A DNA stretch of 19,814 bases from contig JBHHVU010000058.1 of the NCBI GenBank assembly GCA_046754465.1, positions 1-19,814 on the forward strand, in the 5' to 3' direction. A model generated the notes under the pieces. That model was not told where the DNA came from. It saw nothing but the letters and a program-made list of their open reading frames with translations, and did not search any database. The position numbers and the translations under genes were made by a program. Each line of letters begins with the position of its first letter. Within the stretch, counting starts at the first letter, position 1. The stretch is from Nitrospinaceae bacterium. GTDB taxonomy: Bacteria > Nitrospinota > Nitrospinia > Nitrospinales > VA-1. Below, in pieces: positions 8,875 through 17,553 of this stretch.

Positions 8875-10305
8875 TCAAGCGTTCTGGGGTTTCAAGGCGG
8901 CGATTTTTGGAAAGCGGATTTTGAATTTCGTCCCCATGCCCAATTGGCTTTCCACCTCGATTTTGCCTTTGTGGGCTTCCACGATATGTTTGCAGATGCT
9001 CAAGCCGAGTCCGCTGCCCCCCTCCTTGCGGGAGCGGGATTTATCCACCCGGAAGAACCGATTGAAGATCAGGGGCAGGTGCGTCTCGTCAATCCCGATT
9101 CCCGTATCCTGCACCGTCAGGAAAGCGTGTTCCCCCTGGTCTTCCAGGGAGATCTTGATCTGGCCCCCCTTGGGGGTGTACTTGATCGAGTTGTGTAAAA
9201 TGTTCCAGACCATCTGCCTCAGCCTCACGGCATCGCCGTTGATGTGAACGGATTCCAGGAAGGCGATGATAATTTTGATGTCTTTTTCGGCGGCCAGGGC
9301 TTCCGCGTGTTTGTAGACCTCCTCGATGATTTCCTTCAAATCCATCGGTTTGCAATCGAACTGAATCTGATTTTCATCGGATTTCGAGAGGATGAACAGG
9401 TCCTCGAGAATCTTGGACATGTAATTGATTTCCTCCAGGTTGCTCGAGATCACTTCCTGGTATTCCTTGGTATCCCTTTCCTTGTTCAAAACCAGTTCGT
9501 TCTGGCCCTGCAACACCGTGAGCGGAGTTCTCAATTCGTGCGAGGCGTCGCTGCTGAACTGGCGCATTTGGTCAAAGGAATTTTCCAACCGGTCCATCAT
9601 ATCGTTGAAGGTGCTTGCCAGTTGACCGATTTCATCCTGGACTTCGGGCACGGGAATGCGCTTACTCAGGTCGACACCGCTACCGACCTCCCGGGCCGTC
9701 TGAATGATCCTTTGCACTGGTTTCAAGGCACGGCGGGCCATGAACCTTCCGAACAGGGTCGCCACGAGAAGCACTGTGGGAACTCCCGTCCAGAGAAAAA
9801 TCCGCAGGTTCTTTAAAGTTTCCTGAATCGCCTCCAGCGAGGTCCCCACCTGGACCAGATTGACCAGTTTGCGGTTGCGCAGGATGGGCATGGTAATCAC
9901 CCGGATGGGATGGATGCCGTCGATATTAAACGTCTCATAAGTGGTTTCCCCCTTCAATGCCATGCTATAGGCTTTTTGGGTGAGGGGAAATTTGGAGGCA
10001 TCCAGGTTCCTGGAACGAGACCCGACGGTTCCGGATCCGTCATAAATCCGGTAAAACTTGTTGAGGTTGCCATAACCCAGAATCTGCTCGAAGAAATGTT
10101 CGAGGCCCGGCAGCGGGGTGGGACCGAGCTTCATGGACGCCGATTTGGCCACCACGGTGGCGGACACTTTGAGAGAATTGTCCACGCTCTCGTACAACCG
10201 CTTGGAAAGAAAATACTCCAAAAACACGCTGAACAGAATTAGGATGATCCCGAGCAAAACCACATACCAGGCGGTCAATCTGGAACGAATCGAATTGAAC
10301 CACAT
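8875..10305 (-). CDS. Sensor histidine kinase (2 TM, periplasmic sensor, HAMP, HisKA, HATPase), CusS/CzcS-like architecture
   Basis: H-box SSDASHELRTPL, N-box NILHNSIKYT, G1 DTGIGI, F-box IFNRFFR, G2 GSGLGLSI; HAMP DEIGQLASTFN. Confidence 0.95.
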   Translation of the reverse strand: MWFNSIRSRLTAWYVVLLGIILILFSVFLEYFLSKRLYESVDNSLKVSATVVAKSASMKLGPTPLPGLEHFFEQILGYGNLNKFYRIYDGSGTVGSRSRNLDASKFPLTQKAYSMALKGETTYETFNIDGIHPIRVITMPILRNRKLVNLVQVGTSLEAIQETLKNLRIFLWTGVPTVLLVATLFGRFMARRALKPVQRIIQTAREVGSGVDLSKRIPVPEVQDEIGQLASTFNDMMDRLENSFDQMRQFSSDASHELRTPLTVLQGQNELVLNKERDTKEYQEVISSNLEEINYMSKILEDLFILSKSDENQIQFDCKPMDLKEIIEEVYKHAEALAAEKDIKIIIAFLESVHINGDAVRLRQMVWNILHNSIKYTPKGGQIKISLEDQGEHAFLTVQDTGIGIDETHLPLIFNRFFRVDKSRSRKEGGSGLGLSICKHIVEAHKGKIEVESQLGMGTKFKIRFPKIAALKPQNA

Positions 10306-10310
10306 AATAA

Positions 10311-10979
10311 TTACTCTTTCATGATATAACCCACCCCCCGCAACGTGTGCAGCAGTTTCTGGGAGTGGTTTTTATCAATCTTTTTCCGTAAGTGGTTGAC
10401 GTAGACATCGATGACGTTCGTGAAGGTGTCGAAATTGTAATCCCAAACATGCTCCGCGATCATGGTGCGGGTCAGAACCTTGCCCTGATTGCGCATGAAA
10501 TATTCCAACAGGCTGTATTCCTTTCCCGTCAGCTCGATTTCCTCGCCCTGTCTATTGACCTTATGGCTCACGAGGTCCAGGGTCAGGCCGTCGATTTCCA
10601 GAACGGTTTGGGTTTCTCCCTTCCCTCTTCGCAATAGCACCCGGATACGGGCGAGGAGTTCCGAGAACGCGAAAGGTTTGGTCAGGTAATCATCCGCACC
10701 GGTGTTGAGTCCGGTCACCTTGTCTTCCACCGAATCCTTTGCCGTCAGAAGAAGGATTGGGGTGTCGACCTTATTTTCCCTCAGTTTGGAAAGCACTTCC
10801 AATCCGTCCCTGATGGGGAGCATGAGATCGAGTATGATCAGGTCGTACTGGTTCTGCCGGCCCATATAAAGGCCTTCTTCCCCATCGTAAGCCACATCCA
10901 CGGCATAGGTTTCCTCTTCCAGGCCCTTTTTGATGAAACCCGCGACTTTTTTTTCATCTTCTACAATCAAAATACGCAT
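10311..10979 (-). CDS. OmpR-family response regulator, CusR/CzcR-like
   Basis: MRILIVEDE, phosphoacceptor ILDLMLP, LLTA, GADDYLTKPF, winged helix TNVIDVYVNHLRKKID...TLRGVGY. Confidence 0.96.
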   Translation of the reverse strand: MRILIVEDEKKVAGFIKKGLEEETYAVDVAYDGEEGLYMGRQNQYDLIILDLMLPIRDGLEVLSKLRENKVDTPILLLTAKDSVEDKVTGLNTGADDYLTKPFAFSELLARIRVLLRRGKGETQTVLEIDGLTLDLVSHKVNRQGEEIELTGKEYSLLEYFMRNQGKVLTRTMIAEHVWDYNFDTFTNVIDVYVNHLRKKIDKNHSQKLLHTLRGVGYIMKE

Positions 10980-11186
10980 TCAGGTGTCCCACTTTTTCTG
11001 GACCTTGTGAAGTTTAATTTCCCCATTAAGCATCTCAATATGCTTTTCACAATCTTTCATGATGGCCTGATACATGGCCCGACAACTGTCATCATTAGCA
11101 TCCACCATGGCTTGTTTGCAAATTTTTACCGCCTCCTTGGTAGCCTCCATCGCCTTCATTAAATTTTCATTGAATTTTTTTGCCAT
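10980..11186 (-). CDS. Small 68-aa helical Cys/Met-rich protein, degenerate ferritin-like helix hairpin
   Basis: Amphipathic helical pattern with 3 Cys, 7 Met and 2 His. Its stop codon directly abuts the regulator ATG (TGA-ATG). It is the only listed ORF in this interval. Confidence 0.8.
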   Translation of the reverse strand: MAKKFNENLMKAMEATKEAVKICKQAMVDANDDSCRAMYQAIMKDCEKHIEMLNGEIKLHKVQKKWDT

Positions 11187-11271
11187 TTTTAATTTCCGAA
11201 AAATCCTTATAAACCCTATTATATTTTATCATTAATTCACCCGCCCGGCAGCCCCGGCGAACAACCCTTAT

Positions 11272-11285
11272 CGCCCGAAAGGGCG
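11272..11285. other. Short perfect hairpin CGCCC-GAAA-GGGCG in the intergenic/leader region
   Basis: 5-bp all-GC stem, GAAA tetraloop on the + strand, followed by TTT; function unknown. Confidence 0.45.
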
Positions 11286-11299
11286 TTTCATCAATAAAT

Positions 11300-11330
11300 T
11301 TATTATAATTATCAACAGGTTGCGAAGCAA
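11300..11330 (-). promoter_or_regulatory. Putative sigma70 promoter TTGCTT-N17-TATAAT overlapped by a Fur/PerR-like 7-1-7 box
   Basis: On the minus strand: -35 TTGCTT (11330-11325), 17-nt spacer, -10 TATAAT (11307-11302). TGATAATTATAATAA (11314-11300) matches TGATAATnATTATCA at 12/14. Confidence 0.5.
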
Positions 11331-11361
11331 GGCCGGAAGTAAAATTTCCGCCCGTTTTCGC

Positions 11362-11610
11362 TTATTTTGAATCCAGTTCCTTCCCGAACAATAATTTCAC
11401 CATGATGATTCCCATCGCCACCCCAAAGTAAGGCAGGGAATTGATCAGCTGCAAAAGGTACCGGCCCCAAACATCGTATTGATTGACCAGGTGTTCGGCA
11501 AAATGGGTTCCGGAGCGATCCAGCCAGAAAAAAATGAGGTTGATAATACTTCCGCAAATGAAACCAATAAACGCACCAAAACCATAATAAATTATTTTCA
11601 TCATATTCAT
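11362..11610 (-). CDS. Hypothetical small membrane protein (2 TM)
   Basis: Two hydrophobic segments (GFGAFIGFICGSIINLIFFW; LPYFGVAMGIIMVKLLF); AGGA just upstream. Confidence 0.7.
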   Translation of the reverse strand: MNMMKIIYYGFGAFIGFICGSIINLIFFWLDRSGTHFAEHLVNQYDVWGRYLLQLINSLPYFGVAMGIIMVKLLFGKELDSK

Positions 11611-11780
11611 GGTCCTGCCTTGTCCGGTAATGGGGAATTCCCCTGGCTATTTAATGAAAGGATAGATTATCATGATTTTTACCGATAGAGGATGGGAATG
11701 CGTTTTTTGGCGTGGCGCGGTCACCCGGACAACATCCCGGTTCCGATCCAACGATATTTAATGATATTTAAGGAGCCAGG

Positions 11781-12554
11781 ATGCGGCTTAAAGACAAAAC
11801 GGCCATTATCACGGGGGGAGGAACGGGAATCGGGGTCCAGTGCGCCCGGCGGTTTTGCCTGGAAGGGGCCCAAGTCCTCATTCTGGGAAGAAGAGAAAAA
11901 CCCTTGTTCTCGGCCGTGAGGGAAATCGGAGAAAATATAATGGCGGTCCAGGGAGATGTCACCCGGGGGGAGGACATCCGGCGGCTCGTTCGAACCGCGA
12001 TGGAATCTTTCGGCAAAATCGACATTCTGATCAACAACGCGGGAATTTTCACGGGGACTCCCCTTCATGAAATGGAAGACAGCCAATGGGATGCGGTGCT
12101 GGACGTCAACTTACGCGGCGCTTTCAGGCTGACCCGCGAGGTTCTCCCCCACATGATGCAACGGAAATCCGGCAGCATCGTTCATATCAGTTCTGTTCTG
12201 GGGTTGGTGGCGGCACCGCAAGTAGCCGCCTACAACACCTCCAAGGCGGCCCTAAACCAGTTCAGCCGCTCGGTCGCGGTGGAATACGGCCCTTGGGGTA
12301 TTCGTTCCAATTCCATTTGCCCGGGTTTGATCGCCACGGAAATGACCGAGGACCTCATGAAAGACGAGGATCTCATGAAGGAATGGAGGACGCATTATCC
12401 CATCGGCAGGTTTGGAAACCCCGAGGACGTCGCCAACGCCTGCCTCTTTCTTGCCAGCGGCGAATCCTCTTTCATCACCGGCGCGATATTGCCGGTCGAC
12501 GGGGGGGTGCACGCTAAAATTGGGGGACTTGACTGGACTTGGAGTGGCGATTAG
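11781..12554 (+). CDS. Classical SDR-family NAD(P)-dependent oxidoreductase
   Basis: TGGGTGIG, INNAG, catalytic S and YNTSK, ICPG, ITG..LPVDGG; AAGGAG RBS. Confidence 0.95.
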   Translation: MRLKDKTAIITGGGTGIGVQCARRFCLEGAQVLILGRREKPLFSAVREIGENIMAVQGDVTRGEDIRRLVRTAMESFGKIDILINNAGIFTGTPLHEMEDSQWDAVLDVNLRGAFRLTREVLPHMMQRKSGSIVHISSVLGLVAAPQVAAYNTSKAALNQFSRSVAVEYGPWGIRSNSICPGLIATEMTEDLMKDEDLMKEWRTHYPIGRFGNPEDVANACLFLASGESSFITGAILPVDGGVHAKIGGLDWTWSGD

Positions 12555-12651
12555 AATTGACACTCACGCATCGTCCGCGCCATGCATCTGCAATTCCGTT
12601 CCCCGGTAAAATGCCATGGGGAGTCTTGAAAGCCATCAAAGGTGTTTCAAA

Positions 12652-14106
12652 ATGAAATATGAGGTCGTCATCGGGCTGGAAGTTCACGCCCAACTGAAAA
12701 CAAAAACCAAAATTTTCTGTTCCTGTTCGACGGAGTTCGGCAGGCCGCCCAACGAAAACACCTGTCCCATCTGCCTGGGCATGCCGGGGGTCCTCCCGGT
12801 TCTGAACCGTCAGGCGGTCGATTACGCCCTGCGGGCTTGCCTGGCGACGCATTGCCAGATCAAACCCTTCAACCAGTTCGCCAGGAAAAATTATTTTTAT
12901 CCGGATCTTCCCAAGGGTTATCAGATCTCTCAATACGATCTCCCCCTGGGGGAAAAGGGGCACATCAATATCCAGGTGAACGGCCAAAAAAAACAGATCC
13001 GCTTGACCCGTATCCACATGGAAGAGGACGCGGGGAAATTGATCCACGGGGAAAACATGGGCATTCCCGGAAAAAGTTTCGTGGACTTCAACCGCACCGG
13101 CATTCCCCTCATTGAAATCGTCAGTGAACCCGATATCCGTTCCCCGGAAGAAGCCCGGGAATACCTGACCCAGCTCAAGGCCATCCTGGAATACACCGAG
13201 GTGAGTGACTGCAATATGGAAGAAGGCAGTCTGCGCTGTGACGCCAATGTTTCCCTGCGTTTACCGGGCCAAGCCAAATTGGGCACACGGACGGAACTGA
13301 AAAACCTGAACTCGTTCCGTTTCGTTCAGAAAGCCATCGAGTACGAAATGGAGCGGCAGACGAAAATCCTCGACCAGGGCGATACCGTCGTCCAGGAAAC
13401 CCGCCTCTACGATTCTTCCCGGGGAGTTACCTTCTCCATGCGGAGCAAGGAAGAGGCCCACGATTACCGTTATTTTCCCGAACCCGATCTCGTTCCCGTC
13501 GTGGTGGGCCCGGAATGGATTGAAAAAATCCGCGCCACCCTTCCCGAACTTCCCGAACCCAAACGGGACCGGTTTGTCCGGGAATATGGGATTCCCGAAT
13601 ACGACGCGAAGGTGTTGACCGCATCCCGATCCCTGGCCGATTACTATGAAAAGTGTCTCTCCCTTTTTTCCCAGCCCAAGCTGGTCAGCAACTGGATCAT
13701 GGGAGAACTGTTGCGTGAATTGAAAAACGATGACCGGGACATTGGGGACTGCCCGGTCACGCCCGATTCCCTCACCGGTCTGCTGAAACTGATCGGCCAG
13801 GGGACCATCAGTGCCAAGATCGCCAAGACCGTGTTCGAGGAAATGTACCGAACGGGAAAACCGGCGGAAACGATCGTTCAGGAAAAAGGTTTGACCCAGA
13901 TCACCGACCGCTCCGCGGTCACCCAACTGGTCGAGCAGGTGCTGGACGCCAACCCGGAACAATTGCAGGGTTACAAGAACGGCAAGGAAAAACTCTTCGG
14001 GTATTTTGTAGGACAGGTCATGAAGATCAGCAAGGGTCAGGCTAATCCCGCCTTGGTCAATCAACTCTTAAAGGAAAAACTCACCTCATCCCGCGAACCG
14101 AAATGA
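12652..14106 (+). CDS. gatB: Asp-tRNA(Asn)/Glu-tRNA(Gln) amidotransferase subunit B
   Basis: [81 protein letters not shown]-terminal YqeY-like domain. Start set at the conserved Met (12652). Confidence 0.99.
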   Translation: MKYEVVIGLEVHAQLKTKTKIFCSCSTEFGRPPNENTCPICLGMPGVLPVLNRQAVDYALRACLATHCQIKPFNQFARKNYFYPDLPKGYQISQYDLPLGEKGHINIQVNGQKKQIRLTRIHMEEDAGKLIHGENMGIPGKSFVDFNRTGIPLIEIVSEPDIRSPEEAREYLTQLKAILEYTEVSDCNMEEGSLRCDANVSLRLPGQAKLGTRTELKNLNSFRFVQKAIEYEMERQTKILDQGDTVVQETRLYDSSRGVTFSMRSKEEAHDYRYFPEPDLVPVVVGPEWIEKIRATLPELPEPKRDRFVREYGIPEYDAKVLTASRSLADYYEKCLSLFSQPKLVSNWIMGELLRELKNDDRDIGDCPVTPDSLTGLLKLIGQGTISAKIAKTVFEEMYRTGKPAETIVQEKGLTQITDRSAVTQLVEQVLDANPEQLQGYKNGKEKLFGYFVGQVMKISKGQANPALVNQLLKEKLTSSREPK

Positions 14107-14747
14107 AACTCCTGACAACAAGTACACCCAACCCAAACAAACCACCTCCAAGGAACCGGTCTTCCTGGTTTCGATCGAACCGCTTCAACCCGGGAGGCTT
14201 TTTACGGTGCCTGGCCGTTTGTTCCGTCGTACTCATCCTGTGCCTCCTTCCCGGTTCCCTGGGCGCGGAGCCCATAAAGCATTCGGCGGATAACCGGTTT
14301 ATCGACAACGGGGATCAGACCATCACCGACACCAAAACGGGTTTGATGTGGATGAAGGAAGATTCCTATATCCATACCGGCCATTGGTTGAGCTGGTACG
14401 AGAGCTTTGATTATGTGAGGAACCTCAATGAGGAAGGATTCGCCAATTATTATGACTGGCAAGTCCCAACCGTGGACGAACTGACAACGTTATACGAACC
14501 GGAAAAATTTAACAGCCAGCAAGTGGGACGGGAGATGAACCTGCATATGGACCCCTTGTTCGCCCCCAAGGGCAGCGGCTCCCTTTGGGCGGCCGAACCC
14601 AACGGAAATTACAATGCGTTTGGAGTCGTCTTCAATACCGGAAGGAGATTCAGCAGTTCCAAGCATTCAAAATCCCGGCGCGCCACCCGGGCGGTGCGGA
14701 TACCGCGGCCCTCCCACAAGACCCCATCCATTCATCAGGATCCATAA
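14103..14747 (+). CDS. Exported DUF1566 (Lcl C-terminal-like) domain protein
   Basis: [37 protein letters not shown] and terminal RAVR; signal-like hydrophobic segment; ATGA overlap with gatB. Confidence 0.88.
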   Translation: MKLLTTSTPNPNKPPPRNRSSWFRSNRFNPGGFLRCLAVCSVVLILCLLPGSLGAEPIKHSADNRFIDNGDQTITDTKTGLMWMKEDSYIHTGHWLSWYESFDYVRNLNEEGFANYYDWQVPTVDELTTLYEPEKFNSQQVGREMNLHMDPLFAPKGSGSLWAAEPNGNYNAFGVVFNTGRRFSSSKHSKSRRATRAVRIPRPSHKTPSIHQDP

Positions 14748-14748
14748 C

Positions 14749-16365
14749 ATGAAAATTCACATCCGTATTCTGATCCTGTCCCTGGCAATCGTTCTGGCCC
14801 CGCTCTCCGCCGCGCTGGCGACATTTCCCGGGAAATCCATCGCGCATTGGGACGCTTCCATTTCCAACGAACTGCAGGATCCCGGCTACCAGAAACTCCA
14901 CCACCTCGTGGATGAAAAAAAATATACTGAGGCCCTGGATCTCCTGGACCAAAAAATCAAATCCTCGCCAAAGGAAGGTACGGCCGTCATCCTCAAAGGC
15001 CTCCTCTTGAACGAAATGAGCCGCTACAAAGAGGCACTGAAATTTCTGAAGGAGGGACAAAACCTCCAACCCCGTCATCCCTCTCTGCATTACGGATACT
15101 GCCAGGTATACCGCAACCTGGGAAATGGGGAGCTATCAAAACGGGGTTGCCAAATTGCCGTGGAACAACACTACCAGGCCCCGGAAACCCATTACGAGTA
15201 CGCGCAAACCCTTTCCGCGCTAGGGAAGATGGAGCAGGCCAACCGGGAACTGAAAATCGCCGCGGGCCTCGACCCGAAAAACCCCAGGTACCCTTTCGAA
15301 CGTGGAATGATTTTCTATTATCTGAACCAACCCGGTGAGGCGGAGAAATCCTTTCTCAAAACCTTGGCCCTTGACGAAACCCATATCGACGCGGCCTATC
15401 AGATCGCTTATTTATACGCGGCGCAGGGGAAAACCGGCTTGGCGGAACCGTACCTCCACCGGATCCTTATGATCCCCCAAAAACACCCCAAGGTGGAGTC
15501 GGCCAAAAGGCTTTTGAAGTATCTTCACCAGGACACCCCACAAAAACTGCCTCTAAAAATCGAACCCCATGCATACCACCTTGGCCGGTCCCAATCCCTT
15601 TACCAATCCGGAAAATACGGGTTGTCCCTGATTGAGATTCAGACGGCTTCCCGATTGAAACCGGACGACTTAAAAACCCAGGAAATCTTGATCGGGTTGG
15701 GCAGTATCCTGTTGCGGCTGGACCTCACGGAACAGGCTTTGGACCGGTTCATTCAACTTGCGGGAAAGGATGACACCTTGAAAGCCAAGGGATACCAAGA
15801 GATGGGGGATATACGGGTCATTCAGGGGAAATTAAACGAGGCGCGCCAATATTATGAAAAAGCCAAGAGCCTGGGAGACCCTGGAAACCTGGCCAGGATC
15901 TCCCTGAAGGAATTTCCCTCGGAAGAGGATTCCCGGCCCTCCCCATTCAATCCCAAGGAACTTTTTATAAAACCCACCGCGGCTTTGAACCGAAAGGGAG
16001 AAATTTTCGCCTATTACCAAATGTATGACCGGGCCATAGCGATCTATTCCATGGTCATCGGAATGGATCCCAATTTCCTTGAAAGCATTTTAAACACTGC
16101 GACGGCGTATTATAATAAAGGCAACAATGGACGCGCCATATCGATTCTCGAAAGATTGCTCGTCCTCCATCCCAACCATAAAAACATTCTGGCTCACCGT
16201 TTGCTCCTGGCCCAGGCCTACGCGAAAAACGGTGATCTTGCCGACAGCCTCAAAAGCCTGGAAATCATCGTAAAAATAAATCCTTCCACCAAGAAACTCA
16301 TTCAATCCAATCCGGTTTTTAACAATTTAAAAGACATGGAGGGTTATAAAAATTTAATCCATTGA
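14749..16365 (+). CDS. Exported tetratricopeptide-repeat protein
   Basis: Signal peptide MKIHIRILILSLAIVLAPLSAALA starting at ATG 14749; many TPR-like units (A..LDPKNP..PF.RG, AE..F.K.LALD, AI..Y..VI..DP). Confidence 0.9.
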   Translation: MKIHIRILILSLAIVLAPLSAALATFPGKSIAHWDASISNELQDPGYQKLHHLVDEKKYTEALDLLDQKIKSSPKEGTAVILKGLLLNEMSRYKEALKFLKEGQNLQPRHPSLHYGYCQVYRNLGNGELSKRGCQIAVEQHYQAPETHYEYAQTLSALGKMEQANRELKIAAGLDPKNPRYPFERGMIFYYLNQPGEAEKSFLKTLALDETHIDAAYQIAYLYAAQGKTGLAEPYLHRILMIPQKHPKVESAKRLLKYLHQDTPQKLPLKIEPHAYHLGRSQSLYQSGKYGLSLIEIQTASRLKPDDLKTQEILIGLGSILLRLDLTEQALDRFIQLAGKDDTLKAKGYQEMGDIRVIQGKLNEARQYYEKAKSLGDPGNLARISLKEFPSEEDSRPSPFNPKELFIKPTAALNRKGEIFAYYQMYDRAIAIYSMVIGMDPNFLESILNTATAYYNKGNNGRAISILERLLVLHPNHKNILAHRLLLAQAYAKNGDLADSLKSLEIIVKINPSTKKLIQSNPVFNNLKDMEGYKNLIH

Positions 16366-16466
16366 AAAGCGATTGAGGCCATTTTTGTCATTTCCTTCCT
16401 CCGAAGAGTTGTTTTTTTTGTGACTCCCCAAATATCTTTCCCCATCCCCGAAAACGAATATAAAAT

Positions 16467-16495
16467 TTGACATTATTTGGCTTTCTTGATAAAGG
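16467..16495 (+). promoter_or_regulatory. Putative sigma70 promoter for hypothetical-bcp
   Basis: Perfect TTGACA (16467-16472), 17-nt spacer, weak -10 TAAAGG with upstream TG, AT-rich context. Confidence 0.35.
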
Positions 16496-16571
16496 TGATC
16501 ATCGAAAAAAATAATTTTGTCCATTATAAAAATAGGGCAAATAGCATCAAAATGGAAAAGGAGGCCATGAA

Positions 16572-17027
16572 ATGGTAAATTGCCGCAAGAACCCCGGGTT
16601 CCTTATTAAATGCCCTATTTCATTGATTTTGATAGCCTCCTTTTTTCTGACGTTACAGGCCTACCCGGTATTCGGCAACCAAATTTGCACCCGGGGAACC
16701 CCCGATTTGCTCGGAGATTATGATATTATCCAATCGAAGGGTGGGTTATGGGGCTATATGGAAAAGTCATCCGCCTTGAAAGATAAATCCGTCATGGGCC
16801 TGCAGGCCGACAGTAAAATCAGGCGCACCATTCGAATCATTGAAAACTTGTGCAAGAACGGGAAATCCCCCACCCCTGAAATCTTTAACAAGGTCCGAGG
16901 GTTGCTGGGGGACGCAAGAATGGTCTTCAACAAATCCCACGCACGGACTTCCCCCGAAAAAGTCATCGAAATGGTCATGAATTTAAAAACCCGGGCTGAA
17001 GGCATTCTTAAAGAGCTGGGTGAATAA
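16572..17027 (+). CDS. Hypothetical exported helical protein
   Basis: AGGAGG RBS 7 nt upstream; hydrophobic N-terminal segment; mature part helical with two Cys; no family recognised. Confidence 0.75.
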   Translation: MVNCRKNPGFLIKCPISLILIASFFLTLQAYPVFGNQICTRGTPDLLGDYDIIQSKGGLWGYMEKSSALKDKSVMGLQADSKIRRTIRIIENLCKNGKSPTPEIFNKVRGLLGDARMVFNKSHARTSPEKVIEMVMNLKTRAEGILKELGE

Positions 17028-17049
17028 TTCGGGAGGAAAGAATCCTGCC

Positions 17050-17508
17050 ATGCTCAAAGAAGGGGCCAAAGCGCCGGACTTCACGGCCATCGATCAAAAT
17101 TCCGAGAAAGTCAAACTGAGTTCGTTCAAGGGAAAGAAAAACGTTGTCCTGTATTTCTATCCCAAGGACATGACTCCAGGCTGCACCACGGAAGCCTGTG
17201 ATTTCAGGGACAACATAAAAAAATTCAAGGATACCCTCATTCTGGGCGTCAGCATTGATCCTGTTGAAAGACACCAGAAATTCATCGAAAAATACGGCCT
17301 TCCCTTTACCCTGCTCTCCGATACGGAAAAAAAAGTGGTGAACAAATACGGCGTCTGGCAGGAAAAGAAACTTTACGGGAAAAAATTCATGGGCGTGGTG
17401 AGGAGCACCTTTATCATCGACAAGAAGGGCGTACTCCGGAAAATTTTTCCCAAAGTGAAGGTCAAAAATCACGTGGAGGAAGTCCTCCAGGCGCTCCAGG
17501 AACTCTGA
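17050..17508 (+). CDS. bcp: Thioredoxin-dependent thiol peroxidase (BCP/PrxQ)
   Basis: [20 protein letters not shown] (peroxidatic and resolving Cys, CxxxxC), LGVSID, RSTFIID; start at MLKEG after GGAGG. Confidence 0.95.
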   Translation: MLKEGAKAPDFTAIDQNSEKVKLSSFKGKKNVVLYFYPKDMTPGCTTEACDFRDNIKKFKDTLILGVSIDPVERHQKFIEKYGLPFTLLSDTEKKVVNKYGVWQEKKLYGKKFMGVVRSTFIIDKKGVLRKIFPKVKVKNHVEEVLQALQEL

Positions 17509-17553
17509 TCCCAGCCCGCCGGCGCAAAATCCCTTTTCCGGGTCAGTTGAAAC

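Noticed and set aside
12501..12554. Possible frameshift in the G7 run near the SDR C-terminus
   Set aside because: The ORF is full length and ends normally 15 codons after DGG; no evidence without reads or homologues.
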